Positions 1 through 11,869 of a stretch of DNA of 64,000 bases are shown piece by piece. The stretch's first letter is position 1, and each line of letters opens with the position of its first letter. The stretch lies in assembly GCA_963665115.1 (NCBI GenBank), contig OY762007.1:4608001-4672000 (forward strand), written 5' to 3'. The position numbers and the translations under genes were made by a program. The notes under the pieces were generated by a model. That model was not told where the DNA came from. It was given only the letters and a program-made list of their open reading frames with translations, and did no database searches. The stretch is from an uncultured Rivularia sp. (GTDB taxonomy: Bacteria; Cyanobacteriota; Cyanobacteriia; Cyanobacteriales; Nostocaceae).

Positions 1-282
1 AGATACGAAAAAATATTCACCGGGAGCAAGTTGAAGAAACTTGACTCCTTGGGCTGGTATTTCCAGCAGTTGGACAATTTGCTTAACGAAAATGAAACAG
101 GCGATCGCACTTAACACTACGGCTATCAGCGAATAAAAAATCCGCGATCGCAATTCTTCTAAATGATCGAAAAGCGACATTTCAACTTCACCGGGTAACT
201 CCGAAAGAAATTCCGATTCCGAAGTAGTATCAACGTCAACATCTTTTGTGGTAGTAGTTTCAGCTTCTGAAGAACGAGACAT
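1..282 (-). CDS. tatC: Twin-arginine translocase subunit TatC (5' part; runs off window start)
   Basis: Manual translation from ATG at 282 gives MSRSSEAET...[24 protein letters not shown]...[15 protein letters not shown], containing the TatC 'M.L.DHLEELR.R' signature. Not in the ORF track. Confidence 0.92.
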   Translation of the reverse strand, partial: MSRSSEAETTTTKDVDVDTTSESEFLSELPGEVEMSLFDHLEELRSRIFYSLIAVVLSAIACFIFVKQIVQLLEIPAQGVKFLQLAPGEYFFVS

Positions 283-587
283 ATTAAATCAGTTATCAGT
301 GAACAGTTAGGAGTTAGGAGTTAAAGAGAGTGGAGGAAGCGGAGAAAGAAAATAAAAATTGATAAAGAAAATCAATTGCTTCCCTTGCCTCCTCTGCTTT
401 ATTTCCCCACTCTACCCCCTCTCCCCACTCTATGTTTTTAATTTTTATCCGGTTTTCCCAAAAAAGGGCTGGATAAGTTATCAGAAAAGTGTAAGTTGAT
501 TGTCAATTTACGCGGCACGTAAAAGGTTCGTTTGTCTGAGAGGGAGTCTACTATGACGTAACCTACAATTCTACTTGAGGTTAAAGA

Positions 588-817
588 TGCATAGTACAGT
601 TTGTTATCTCATGTTGGCATTACCTGTTATTGGGTGGAATGCTTTCGGTAGCTTTGCTGCTAGTAATGGTTTACAATCTTTTGACAGCAAAGAACTTAGA
701 ATTACCGATTTTGTTAGTAGTGAAATAGTTGTTGGATCGTATTCAACACCATTTCAATTATCGGCTAGAGATGACCGAATAAAAGATTGTCTTCGTTCGG
801 GAAATTGTAAGAATTGA
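588..817 (+). CDS. Small hypothetical, possibly secreted protein
   Basis: ATG at 588, hydrophobic signal-like N-terminus, C-terminal DCLRSGNCKN. No family recognised. Confidence 0.4.
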
Positions 818-1726
818 TGCATTATTGTTTTTAATTCTTAGTTACTGTATTTTAAATCATTATTTCTAGGATTAATTTTATAATTATTCCTTTATCTAGC
901 TATTTTTATTTGTAGATACGAAATATCACTTAGATAATTTTACCGATTTTAAGTTATATATAATAGTATTTAAGAAGCTTCATTTTGATTTTGCACCAGG
1001 AAAAACAAGGGTAAGAATAGTATCATTCTAAATCGATAGAATGCAGTAAAATCTGCCACTTTTCAAGCAGTTACGATTTTATAGAGCCAGTTAGTTTAAA
1101 TGAACTGAAAATATTGCTGATGTAATAGTTAACATTTTTTGGTATCTAATTTATCATTTTGTAGCTGTTTTGTTACGAGATAGATATTAGTTGTGCTGGT
1201 AGTTATTTTTTATATATCTGTGGAAGATATTTAATTGGTGATGTGATGAAAATAAATCCTTGGTGGATTACTTTTAAACATTAAATCCAATTTAGCAAAA
1301 TCTACGGTATAGATTGTAGCGAACATTTGAATAAAGCTAATTGGGATAAAAGATAGCGATATTCATAGATATCTATAGCTATCATCTATAAGCATTGTCC
1401 TGTCAGATGGAATTCGCATCTACACATACATAAGCTGCCCAGGTGGGTTATGCCAGGTGGGTTATGAATTACTTAGTCCACGCAGGTAGGCTTTAACTGT
1501 GTAGCAGATGTTTCAACCGCCGGATAACTTTTATAGCAGTTGTTTTAGTACCAAAAAAAATGAAGAATTCTGTAACTATTTTATCCAAACATCGTGCGAA
1601 TCAATATTATTTATAAATCCGGAATACTGCATTTTTAATTTGTATTCAGAGTGAAGCTCACTCGATAGAAAAATCCTCATATTGTTATAAATCTCGTTTT
1701 AAAAATAGAGCGAGTAGCAGTCTTTT

Positions 1727-3064
1727 ATGCTTCTAAACTTAGAAAGATTTTATCAAGCTTGTAATCCGAGCCAACCTCTAGTCATGGGAGATGCTGATGC
1801 TCGTCGATATTATATTGATTTCGCTGCGGTAAGGGGCGGAAAAATTATTGAGGCGTTACAAAGGACTATTACTAGAATATCACCGGATGTACCCACAACT
1901 CAACTTTTTACAGGACATATTGGTTGCGGTAAATCTACGGAATTATTGCGATTAAAAGCCGAATTAGAACTTAAAAATTTTCATGTAGTTTACTTTGAAT
2001 CCACCCATGTTTTGGAAATGGTGGACTTAGATGTTACCGATATCTTTCTGGCGATCGCCGGACAGGTTTCTCAAAGTTTGGAGTCGATAAAAATCCGTTT
2101 GAAGCCTTCTTATTTTACGAAGCTGTTTGGCGAAATTGTTGATTTTCTCCAAACTCCGATCGATTTGGAGTTGGAAGGTGAACTATCGGTGGGAATTGCG
2201 AAAATTACGACTAAAACGAAGGAAAGTCCTCAGTTAAGAAGAAGATTACGGGATTATTTAGAACCGCGAACTCTAAATATTTTGCACTCTATCAATAATG
2301 AGTTATTAGCTCGTGCTAATCAAGAACTTAAAGCTAGAGGTAAAAAGGGATTAGTGGTAATTGTTGATAACTTAGATCGAGTTGCAATTCGTCCTTTACC
2401 ATCTGGACGTTCTCTACCGGAGTATTTATTTATCGATCGAGGAGAACAGTTACGCAAACTCAATTGTCATATGGTTTATACAATTCCTTTGGGTTTAACT
2501 TTTTCCAACGATAGCGCTCAATTACAGCATCGTTTGGGTGGTGGTGTTGCGCCAAAAGTTTTACCAATGATACCCGTGCGTAAACGTACTGGTGAAATTT
2601 TTACTCCTGGCTTAGATAGTTTGCGACAAATGGTTTTAGCGAGAGCTTTTCCTACTATTAATCCCGCAGAAAGGTTACATTTTATAACAGAACTATTCGA
2701 GACTCCGGAAGCTTTGAATCGGTTGTGTTTAATTAGTGGCGGGCACGTGCGAGACTTACTTGGATTGCTGTTTGATTGTATAAGGGAACAAGATCCACCT
2801 TTTAGTAATGAATGCGTGGAGTTGGTAATTCAAAGACATCGCGATTATCGAGCGAATGCTATTGATACTCCCGAATGGGATTTAATTTTCCAAGTCGTAC
2901 AGCAACAGCGAGTTAGAGGCGATATCGAATATCATACTTTGCTACGAAGCTTATTTATTTTTGAGTATCGCGACCATCAAGGAGTTTGGTTTGCCATTAA
3001 TCCAGTATTAGCAGAAACCAGGAAGTTTAAGTCGTGGTTGGAACAACAGAACAATCGGATTTAG
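1727..3064 (+). CDS. P-loop ATPase (cyanobacterial AAA/KAP-like)
   Basis: Walker A GHIGCGKST and Walker B VVIVDNLDR. Overlaps the start of the next gene. Confidence 0.85.
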   Translation: MLLNLERFYQACNPSQPLVMGDADARRYYIDFAAVRGGKIIEALQRTITRISPDVPTTQLFTGHIGCGKSTELLRLKAELELKNFHVVYFESTHVLEMVDLDVTDIFLAIAGQVSQSLESIKIRLKPSYFTKLFGEIVDFLQTPIDLELEGELSVGIAKITTKTKESPQLRRRLRDYLEPRTLNILHSINNELLARANQELKARGKKGLVVIVDNLDRVAIRPLPSGRSLPEYLFIDRGEQLRKLNCHMVYTIPLGLTFSNDSAQLQHRLGGGVAPKVLPMIPVRKRTGEIFTPGLDSLRQMVLARAFPTINPAERLHFITELFETPEALNRLCLISGGHVRDLLGLLFDCIREQDPPFSNECVELVIQRHRDYRANAIDTPEWDLIFQVVQQQRVRGDIEYHTLLRSLFIFEYRDHQGVWFAINPVLAETRKFKSWLEQQNNRI

Positions 3065-6000
3065 TCGCTGCTAATGCTTCTGCTTTAAGAAGTTTAACGC
3101 GAGCAATTTCCCTTTCTAACGGGGAATTCTCGCTCGCATTAGTATGCTGTAATTATCAAGTTTTACAAGAGCAAATATTACAGCATTTGCAAGAAAAATT
3201 AGGGAAAAACTACCTATTACAAAAGGTCTGTTTACCTCCCCAGGCAAGGAGTTTATACAGTACAATTCATACGAAAATAGTTGAAACTGATTCGGATGAT
3301 TCGCAAAAAAGTGAAAACTTACCCAAAATAGCATTAATGGTTTTGGGTTTAGAATCAGTTGATGCACTCGATGACTTATTAAGTACTATCAATCACGTGC
3401 GCGATGAATTTCGCAAACAACATCCTTTCCCGATGGTAATTTGGGTAAACGAAGAAGTATTGCACAAATTACGGCGATTGGCCCCAGATTTTGCAAGTTG
3501 GGCTGCCACACCGATAAAACTTGAAATGACAACGATACAATTGCAGCAGTTTTTGCAACAAGAAACCGATTCATTATTCTCCACAGTTTTAAATATTGCC
3601 ACAGCCAGAGAAAAAGAACCTAGAATTATCAAAAATAATCGATGCGGTAAAAACTGTTTGGCAAAAAGTCAAAAAAACTCATCCGAACAGTATTGTCAAT
3701 GTACCTTAGAACAAATTTGGCAGCAAAAAAACGAACTGCATCATGCAATTAAAGACTTACAAACCCGTGGAATTAACTTAACTCCAGAACTAGAAGCTAG
3801 TTTACAATTTGTGTTTGGTTTGGACGAATACGTTAAAGACTCTATAGAAAAAGCAATAAACCACTTGAGGGACAGTTATCAGTTAACAGTTAACAGCGAA
3901 CAGTCTTTAATAATAGGTTATCGAAAGACAAATAAAACAGAAAAGATAATAATTTCTACCCCCTCTCCCTCTCTCCCCCTCTCCCCATCCTCCCACCTCC
4001 TCCATCAAGGAGTCATCCTCTTATACCTGGGTTTGTGTTTTCACCGTTTAGCCGAACGCGATCGCGGCGAGCAAGATGGTAATTGGCAATCTGCTGTGAG
4101 TTATTTCCAGCAGTGTTTGCAGGTATTTGAGTTGGCTGAGCGTCCGGTTTTGGTGGCGCAGTTTATCGGACAATTATGTGAGGTTTTACAGCAGCTTCAG
4201 GATTGGAATAAGTTACGGATAGTCGCTCAAAAGTCTTTGGAATTGCACCAGATACATGGTAATTATACTCAGCTTGCTTGCGATTGCGGTTATTTAGCAG
4301 ATGTGGCTTTGCAAGAATCAAAATGGAAGCAAGCAAGTAAATATGCTCAAGCTTCGCTGTTTTATTTGGCAGAAGCAAAGAATAACCATAAGGCACATCA
4401 AGCTTTATTCCCGTTGCTATTGGAGCAGATTTATCAGCTGGTTTTGGTGAAAGCTCTACAACTCTTGGGCGAGGAAAAAACCGCGCAACAGCATTTAGAA
4501 AATGCGAGTCAGAAGTTATCAATGATGATGGAAAATAGCGATTATCGTTATGATGTTCATCGTTACATTCGGCTTTTACGGCGGTTGCGATGGCTTTATT
4601 ACGAGTCAGGCAAGTATTTGGAAGCTTTTTTTATTCGTCGCGAACGACGTTCGGTAGAGCAACAGTATGGTTTGCGTGCTTTCATTGGTGCGGGTAGGTT
4701 GGAACCCCAAAGACAAGCAAAAAATCCGGTGTTAATTTCACCTGCGAAAAATACTGATGTTGCTCTGGAAATTACTGCTTCTGGTAGGGAACGAGATATT
4801 AATTTATTGATTGGAAAAATTAGTCGTTCCGATAAAAAGTTAATTTTGATTCATGGTGAATCGGGAGTCGGCAAAAGTTCTATTGTTAATGCTGGTTTGG
4901 TTCCAGCTTTGCAAAATAGACCAATTGGCGACCAAATTGCGGTACCCGTTGTGTTACAGGTTTATACAGATTGGGTGCGGGAGTTGGGTAAGTCTTTGAG
5001 TGAAGCGATGTTTGTCGATCAATCGCCGATTCGATATGCTTTTGGTAAGGAATTAAACGCTTCTCCTTATCCAGCCACACCGATTATAATCTCAAGTATT
5101 TTAGAACAGTTACGAGAAAATGCTAATAACCATTTGATAACTGTGTTGATTTTTGACCAGTTAGAAGAATTCTTCTTTGTTTGTAACGATAGAAGTCAAA
5201 AAGCAGAGTTTGATAATTTTATCTGTGAATGTTTAAATATTGCTTTTGTAAAAATAATATTTTCGCTAAGGGAAGACTATTTACATCATTTGCTAGATTT
5301 AAAACGTTTGGCGAAACAAGATTCAATTAGTAATAATATTTTAGATAAAGATATCCGCTATCAAGTTAATAATCTTTCCTCGGAAAATGCTAAAAGGGTA
5401 ATTCAAAAGTTAACGGAACGCTCTGAATACAATATTGAACCCGCTTTAATTGATACTTTAGTAGAAGATTTATCGTCAGGAATAGGAGAAGTACGTCCGA
5501 TTGAGTTACAGGTAGTAGGAGCGCAACTACAAGATGAAAGAATTACCACTTTAGCTAAATACGAACCCTATCGACCGAATAAATTAATTGAGCGATATAT
5601 CAAGGAAATTATTAAAGATTGCGGTTCGGAAAACGAGCAAGCTGCTTTACTGGTTTTATATTTATTAACTGACGAAAATCATAAAAGACCTTTTAAAACT
5701 AAGGCTGAATTAACAACCGAATTAGCAGAGTTTGAGTCGGGAGAAAAATTAGAGCTAGTCTTAGAAATTCTAGTACGTTCGGGATTAGTTGTATTATTTG
5801 CTGATATTACAGAACGCTATCAGTTAATTCACGATTATTTAGTTGATTTAATTCGTTTATTACAACAAGAGGAGTTAAACTTTCAAAATCAATTAAAAGA
5901 ATTAAGATATCAAGTACAGGAAAGAGAAACAGAAATTACTCGACTCCATAGCGAATTAAGGAAGAAAAAGCAGTCAAAAATAGTTGATAATCAACCCCAT

Positions 6001-8244
6001 GAAAACGTAAATGGATTTACAGAATTAAAAGAACTTCGCAAACGTGAAGAAGTTAGCCGAGTTGAAATTGAGCGGCTATTAGCAGAATTAGAACAGCAAA
6101 AGTTACAAGCGCAGCTAGCAGAAAGTCAACAGCAGCAAAAACTCAGCGAAGTCAAAGTTAATCGTTCTTTGAAAATTGCTCTTGCGGGTTCTGTTACGGC
6201 TATTTTTGCTTTAACAGCTTCGACGATAATGTCAGTGTATTTATGGAGACAATCTTTAATCAGCGAAATTCAAGCCATCAGCGCTTCAGCAGAAGAACTT
6301 GCAACTTCGGGTAAAGATTTCGATGCTTTGAGACAAGGATTGAAAGCAGCAAATAAATTTAAGACTGCATTTTTACCGGATGCTTATACAAAAGCTCAGG
6401 TAATGACGGCTTTACATCAAGTAGTTCCACAAATTAGAGAAAAAGAAACAATATCCGGACATTTATCAGGTGTTAATAGCGTTGCTTTTAGCCAACTTAA
6501 CTCTTTAATAGCTTCCGCCAGTGCTGATAATACAGTTAAATTATGGTATCCAGATGGTAAATTTTTTCGTACTTTATCGGGACATACTGATGTAGTTAAT
6601 AGCGTCACTTTTAGTCCTGACGGTACTAAAGTTGCTTCTGCTTCTCAAGATAAAACTGTTAAGCTTTGGACTTTAGATGGTACAAGTTTAACTTTATTAG
6701 GACATACTGATATTGTTAATAGTGTTGCTTTTAGTCCTAGTGGTAGAATAATTGCTTCTGGAAGTACCGATAAAACACTCAAGCTTTGGAATCGTGCAGG
6801 CAAATTATTAAAAACACTTTTCGGTCATGATGATGCAGTTTTGCAAGTTGCTTTTTCTCCTAATGGTGAAACCCTTGCTTCTGTAAGTAGCGATAAAACT
6901 ATTAAGCTTTGGAATCAAAACGGTAAAAATATTCGTACTATTAGCGGACATCAGGATGCAATTACTAGCATTGCTTGGTCTAAAGACGGTAAAATTATTG
7001 CTTCGGCAAGTTTGGATAAAACTGTCAAATTGTGGAATCTTCAAGGCAAGTTATTAAAAGTTATTAAAGCACATTCAGAACCTATTACTGCTGTCAACTT
7101 TAGCCCCGACAATCAAGTTATTGCTACAGTCAGCACCGACGGAACCGTTAAACTTTGGCGCTGGCAAGATGGAATACTATTAGGAACCCTAAAAGGACAC
7201 AAAGATTGGGTAAATGATGTTAGTTTCAGCCCAGATAGCAAAACTCTTGCTTCCGCTAGTCGAGATAAAACGGTGAAACTTTGGTCTTGGCAGAATTTAT
7301 TATTAGGAAATCTGAAAACACATAATAAAGCAGTCACCAGCGTTAGTTTTTCCCTAGATGGTAATTTAATTGCTTCGGGAAGCACCGATAAAACTATTAA
7401 ATTATGGACTCCTAACGGTACGCAAATCAAAACTTTACAGCCATATCAAGAGGAAATTTGGGATGTCAGTTTTAGTCCCGACGGTAAAATTATTGCATCT
7501 GCGGGTAAAGATAAAACTATCAAACTATGGCAAAATAACGGTAAATTAATTAAAACTATTGCTGCTCACAATAACGTAATTTTAAGTCTTGCTTGGTCTA
7601 ATAAAGATAATATTTTAGCTTCTGCTAGTAAAGACAAAACCGTTAAACTGTGGCATAGAAACGGCGAATTAATTACAACTTTGTCGGGACATCAGCAAGC
7701 TGTAAACTGGGTTAGTTTCAGTAGCGATGGTGAATTTATTGCTTCAGCTAGCGACGATAATACCGTTAAAATTTGGCATAAATCCGGTAACTTATTACAT
7801 ACATTGACGGGACATAAAGGTTCCGTATTTGGTCTTTCTTGGTCTAAGAAAGGTAATATTCTCGCTTCAGCCAGCCTTGATGGTACTGTGAAATTGTGGA
7901 ACCAAAAAGGCGAATTACAGCAAACTTTAATTGCAGAAGGTGAAGAATTTACTGGCGTAACATTTAGCCCCGACGGTAAATTATTAGCAGCTACCAGCGA
8001 AGATAAAGTAAATCTTTGGCAGCGTGACGGTACGTTATTAATTACTTTGAAAGCCGATCGAGAAGAGTTTACCAGTATTAGCTTCAGTCCAGATAGTGAA
8101 ACTTTATTAAGCGGTACCAGCAGAGGGACAATAATTTTACGAGATTTAGATAATTTAACCTTAGAAAAATTACGTATTAAAGGCTGCGACGCGCTGCAAG
8201 ATTATGGGAAGGAAGAAGATGATTTGTGTTTGGATAAGAGATAG
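3034..8244 (+). CDS. STAND-type NTPase with TPR-like region, coiled coil, TM helix and C-terminal WD40 propellers
   Basis: Walker A GESGVGKSS, Walker B LIFDQLEEFF, IIFSLREDYL (nSTAND1-like), about 14 GH...W repeats (ASASxDKTVKLW). Confidence 0.88.
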   Translation: MVGTTEQSDLVAANASALRSLTRAISLSNGEFSLALVCCNYQVLQEQILQHLQEKLGKNYLLQKVCLPPQARSLYSTIHTKIVETDSDDSQKSENLPKIALMVLGLESVDALDDLLSTINHVRDEFRKQHPFPMVIWVNEEVLHKLRRLAPDFASWAATPIKLEMTTIQLQQFLQQETDSLFSTVLNIATAREKEPRIIKNNRCGKNCLAKSQKNSSEQYCQCTLEQIWQQKNELHHAIKDLQTRGINLTPELEASLQFVFGLDEYVKDSIEKAINHLRDSYQLTVNSEQSLIIGYRKTNKTEKIIISTPSPSLPLSPSSHLLHQGVILLYLGLCFHRLAERDRGEQDGNWQSAVSYFQQCLQVFELAERPVLVAQFIGQLCEVLQQLQDWNKLRIVAQKSLELHQIHGNYTQLACDCGYLADVALQESKWKQASKYAQASLFYLAEAKNNHKAHQALFPLLLEQIYQLVLVKALQLLGEEKTAQQHLENASQKLSMMMENSDYRYDVHRYIRLLRRLRWLYYESGKYLEAFFIRRERRSVEQQYGLRAFIGAGRLEPQRQAKNPVLISPAKNTDVALEITASGRERDINLLIGKISRSDKKLILIHGESGVGKSSIVNAGLVPALQNRPIGDQIAVPVVLQVYTDWVRELGKSLSEAMFVDQSPIRYAFGKELNASPYPATPIIISSILEQLRENANNHLITVLIFDQLEEFFFVCNDRSQKAEFDNFICECLNIAFVKIIFSLREDYLHHLLDLKRLAKQDSISNNILDKDIRYQVNNLSSENAKRVIQKLTERSEYNIEPALIDTLVEDLSSGIGEVRPIELQVVGAQLQDERITTLAKYEPYRPNKLIERYIKEIIKDCGSENEQAALLVLYLLTDENHKRPFKTKAELTTELAEFESGEKLELVLEILVRSGLVVLFADITERYQLIHDYLVDLIRLLQQEELNFQNQLKELRYQVQERETEITRLHSELRKKKQSKIVDNQPHENVNGFTELKELRKREEVSRVEIERLLAELEQQKLQAQLAESQQQQKLSEVKVNRSLKIALAGSVTAIFALTASTIMSVYLWRQSLISEIQAISASAEELATSGKDFDALRQGLKAANKFKTAFLPDAYTKAQVMTALHQVVPQIREKETISGHLSGVNSVAFSQLNSLIASASADNTVKLWYPDGKFFRTLSGHTDVVNSVTFSPDGTKVASASQDKTVKLWTLDGTSLTLLGHTDIVNSVAFSPSGRIIASGSTDKTLKLWNRAGKLLKTLFGHDDAVLQVAFSPNGETLASVSSDKTIKLWNQNGKNIRTISGHQDAITSIAWSKDGKIIASASLDKTVKLWNLQGKLLKVIKAHSEPITAVNFSPDNQVIATVSTDGTVKLWRWQDGILLGTLKGHKDWVNDVSFSPDSKTLASASRDKTVKLWSWQNLLLGNLKTHNKAVTSVSFSLDGNLIASGSTDKTIKLWTPNGTQIKTLQPYQEEIWDVSFSPDGKIIASAGKDKTIKLWQNNGKLIKTIAAHNNVILSLAWSNKDNILASASKDKTVKLWHRNGELITTLSGHQQAVNWVSFSSDGEFIASASDDNTVKIWHKSGNLLHTLTGHKGSVFGLSWSKKGNILASASLDGTVKLWNQKGELQQTLIAEGEEFTGVTFSPDGKLLAATSEDKVNLWQRDGTLLITLKADREEFTSISFSPDSETLLSGTSRGTIILRDLDNLTLEKLRIKGCDALQDYGKEEDDLCLDKR

Positions 8245-8323
8245 GAGTTAAAAATTCAAAGTTAAAAATTAGTAGTTAGAGAAGACAATCCAAAATCTAA
8301 AATAGAATGTGACCTTTCTTTGC

Positions 8324-8977
8324 TTAAACTTTCTCACGTATCTTATTTAAAATTAAATATGTTCTAGCACTAAATATACGGTTCAATTTCTCGTTAGGTT
8401 CAATTTCTATTAAGAAACTGTGAAAAAATAATTTACGCAAGCCGTTTTGTTGATCTCTAAGAGCAGCTTTGTAAATAGTTACATCACAATCCTTTTCTAG
8501 TTCTTCCAATAACTTATTTTGTGCGCTTATTTTAGCTGGTTCTGAAGCTTCATAATTTGATTGAGATAGTTCTTTAACTAATTCCTCAAGGTTACTAGGG
8601 TTAAAAGAAGATTTCTTCGCAAATAGCTTTTTACCAAATTGTTTTAATTGTTTTTCCAAAAATTTTATTTTATTTTCTAATTTTTTAATTCCCGTATCAT
8701 TTTCTAAAGGGTTATAATTTTTTGCCCCGCGATACTGAGTGTAAGTAGAATTTTGGATTAATTCTTCCCGACATTTTTCGGCAATAATCTTGTCTGAAGA
8801 ATAACAACATTTCTCTAGTGCTACAGCTAAATCTTGAGCAACTTGTTTATTATTTTTAATTTCATCAATGATTACTTGTAGAACCTGCCAACTTTGTTTT
8901 GTCGAATCATAAGCTATATTTTCTACTAAATCCTGCCAAATAACTTTAAATAGTATGAGTAAAAAAGTTTCTGCCAT
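8324..8977 (-). CDS. Hypothetical protein
   Basis: 217-aa ORF with ATG start and no recognised motif. Confidence 0.6.
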   Translation of the reverse strand: MAETFLLILFKVIWQDLVENIAYDSTKQSWQVLQVIIDEIKNNKQVAQDLAVALEKCCYSSDKIIAEKCREELIQNSTYTQYRGAKNYNPLENDTGIKKLENKIKFLEKQLKQFGKKLFAKKSSFNPSNLEELVKELSQSNYEASEPAKISAQNKLLEELEKDCDVTIYKAALRDQQNGLRKLFFHSFLIEIEPNEKLNRIFSARTYLILNKIREKV

Positions 8978-9117
8978 GCAAGCGCTCTCTGCTGTTTTTT
9001 CAGTATAAATTACACTAATCTATACTATAAAAACCTTTCATGCCTACGTACTATGACTTAATTTTGGCTTATTATATATACTTTTAATACTTGTAATTTT
9101 GCTTAAATAAAGGTTCG

Positions 9118-9164
9118 TAGTAAGCGATTTATCGCTTTTTTAAAAGGACTTAAGTCCTTACTAC
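9118..9164. repeat. Inverted pair of GTAG-REP-like palindromes
   Basis: GTAGTAAGCGATTTATCGCTT ... AAGGACTTAAGTCCTTACTAC. Confidence 0.65.
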
Positions 9165-9271
9165 GAAACTTTTATGTATATAGTGGCGATTGAATAAATT
9201 ATCAAGGGTTTGTTTTGCCCATAATCGTCGGGAGACGTAAAATTTTACGTCTCTACAACCCTATGACCTAA

Positions 9272-11516
9272 TTAGTTGCTCCCTGGTGTTGGCTTTGTAG
9301 TTGCTTCTGGCGTTTGTTGCTGTTGATATTGAGGGAATTGAGATTGGTTTGCAGAATATTCTCCTACTAATTGAGATGTTTGAGGATTATAAATCCTTAA
9401 ATAATTCCAGTAGTTTCCAAGCACCTGACGGACGTAATTTTTAGTTTCGGGAAAGGGAATTGCTTCTACAAATTCATCTGGATCGTCTATAGGTAAGGTT
9501 TTTAACCATTTAGAAACATTTCCAGGACCTGCATTGTAACTAGCAACTGCCAACAGCGAGCTATCTTGATATTGCTTGTGGGTGCTGTCTAAATACCACG
9601 TACCGTACATGATATTATCGTTGGGATCTTCTAAGCTGGTGCTTTTATAATCCACGTTGATTTGTGGTGCAATCCATTCGGCAGTAGTTGGTAGCACCTG
9701 CATTAAACCTGTAGCATTAGCAATAGATTTAATTTTTTCTTGAAATCTCGATTCTTGACGTATCAAGGAAACCACCAAGAAAGGATTAAGATTACGTTCT
9801 TTAGACCACTTGCTAATTAGATCGAAGTAAGGGAATGGATAACGAGCCTGCCAATACATATTTTTCCGGCTCAATTCCTGATATGCAGCTTTCTCGTCAG
9901 GTTCTTCCCTATCTTCTAATTTAGCTACTATCGAAATTCCACCTACATAATTTCCCCTTGCTAGCTGCATCAAACCTTCAGTAAACTGTTCGGCGACTGT
10001 TGGCTGTGCCTTGTTTTCAAATTCAGTTTCCCATTGCAGCCAAGCGTCTCTTTCTTGTCCTAATAGATACAGTTCTTTAAAAGTATCGGAACCGGCTGGT
10101 GGTAAAGGACGGATTCGATCTTTCATTTCCGGACTCATGTCACGCAAGCTATTGAAATCACCAACGTCCAAACCTAAAGTAACGGCAGAACGCCATGAGT
10201 AATAAGAGTAAGGAAAATTACTAACTGCATATTCATAAGCTTGTTTTCCTTCTGCTTCCTTACCAAGTCTAGTTGCCCATTTGCCGACCCAAAAAGCGGC
10301 TCTAGGAGCCAAAATACTAGTGGGATTATTCACCGGAATCGGGCCTGCCCATTCCCATGCGGCTTCATAATCTCTAGCTTTTGCTTTTTGCAACGCGACT
10401 TTCCAACGGTATTCTGCTGCTTGCTCGCTATTACCAAATTTAGTAATTAATAACCTTAAAGCGTCTCTAGCACCCGTATTATTGTTTTGCGATTGCAAAA
10501 CTTTGGATTTACGAATCAGCGCTTCCCCAGCTTGTTCGGGGAAATTGGCAATTGCCTGGTCGAGAAAAGGTAAACTTTCGCTACCCGTTCTGGTTAACTC
10601 AGCCAAACGCAACAATGCTTTACCACTTTCTCTTTCTTGAGGAAATTCGTTTAGCAATTGTCGATAAGTTAATTGAGCCTTTTCTCTTTCTCCACTTAGC
10701 TGCAAACCTCTACCATGACGATAAATGTTTTGGGGCCGTAGGAGTGGCTTTTTCGTAAGCAGTAGCTGCTTTGCCAAATTCCTTACTTTCCCAATACGCA
10801 TTTCCAATTACTTGCCAATCCTCCGGTTTGAGGGTTGGTTCGTTAACAAGACGATCTAACACCGGAACAATTCCCGGTTGTTCAAAAGCGTACTTTGCTA
10901 AAACTAACTGTAATTCAGGCTGATTGGGATTTTTTGCCAAACGTCCCCGAATAATGTCCCACGTCAAAGGATGAGAAGGAAACTCGGCGATCGCCCGATC
11001 TTGATATTCTTCGAGTCCAATTAAATACAAGGCTTTCGCAACAACTGGCTCTTTAGAATATTCTTTAACAACAGCCTGCCTTTTATCGGAAGCTTTGCCA
11101 TCTTCACCAAGAATACGGTACGCACGAGCCTGCTGTAACAAAACATAAGGCTTTAAAGCTTGATAATCATTTTCCAGACCATCAAGTAATTCTAGTGCTT
11201 CCTGAGCTTGGTCTTTTACAAGCAAATCATCCGCTAAAAGATAACGAGCGCGATATTGTTCGATTGAAGACGAACCACCCTTGGCAATTTGTGCCAACTG
11301 AGCCGCACGTGCTTCCGGGGGCTGATTAACTAAAGGCAAAACAACAGATTTGGCTATATTCGCTTCCGAAATAACCTGCTCTTGATTATTGCCATTAAAT
11401 AACCGCCCCAAATTTTTACCAATTTGAGGGGCTGAAACCATAGCTCCAACCAGAAAGGCGCAGACTCCTGCACCCGCAATAAGCGAAATTTGTTTTTTCT
11501 GTAGCTTCTTCAGCAT
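9272..11516 (-). CDS. slt: Soluble lytic murein transglycosylase (Slt family, TPR-like N-terminus); one apparent +1 frameshift near 10732-10737
   Basis: SLT motifs IRQESRF, ATGLMQV and ASYNAGPGNV, plus ETKNYV. The two track ORFs join as KATPTAQNIYRHG when one C is removed from the coding-strand GGCCCC. Confidence 0.88.
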
Positions 11517-11634
11517 TGATACCCGCTGAGAATTTAACAAGAATATCTTGCACTGTAGCATCACTGGTGGTCAAATTAACCTACGTTAGCTACCAATTTG
11601 GAATTTTTATCAAATAATTTGCAAAAAGTTGTTA

Positions 11635-11820
11635 GTTGATAGTTGTTAGTGGTTAGTTGTTGGGCATGGGGGATTGGGGATTGGGCATTGGGGATTGGTA
11701 ATTGGTAATTGGTAATTGGTAATTGGTAATTGGTAATTGGTAATTGGTAATTGGTAATTGGTAATTGGTAATTGGTAATTGGTAATTGGTAATTGGGGAT
11801 TGATAATTGAGGATTGGGAA
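11635..11820. repeat. STRR heptamer tract, mainly (GGTAATT)n, flanked by (TAGTTGT) and (GGGGATT) units
   Basis: About 14 tandem GGTAATT units are visible directly. Confidence 0.95.
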
Positions 11821-11869
11821 TAATAAGCGAGCAAGATGCTCGCACTACTCTCCCCATCTCCCCATCTCC

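Noticed and set aside
1437..1466. Short tandem duplication CCAGGTGGGTTATG x2
   Set aside because: Only two copies next to a REP-like repeat; no evidence of function.
11576..11857. ORFs with (PITNYQL)n repeats
   Set aside because: These are translations of the GGTAATT STRR tract. The same applies to the (PYSLLPT)n ORFs at 35462-35907.
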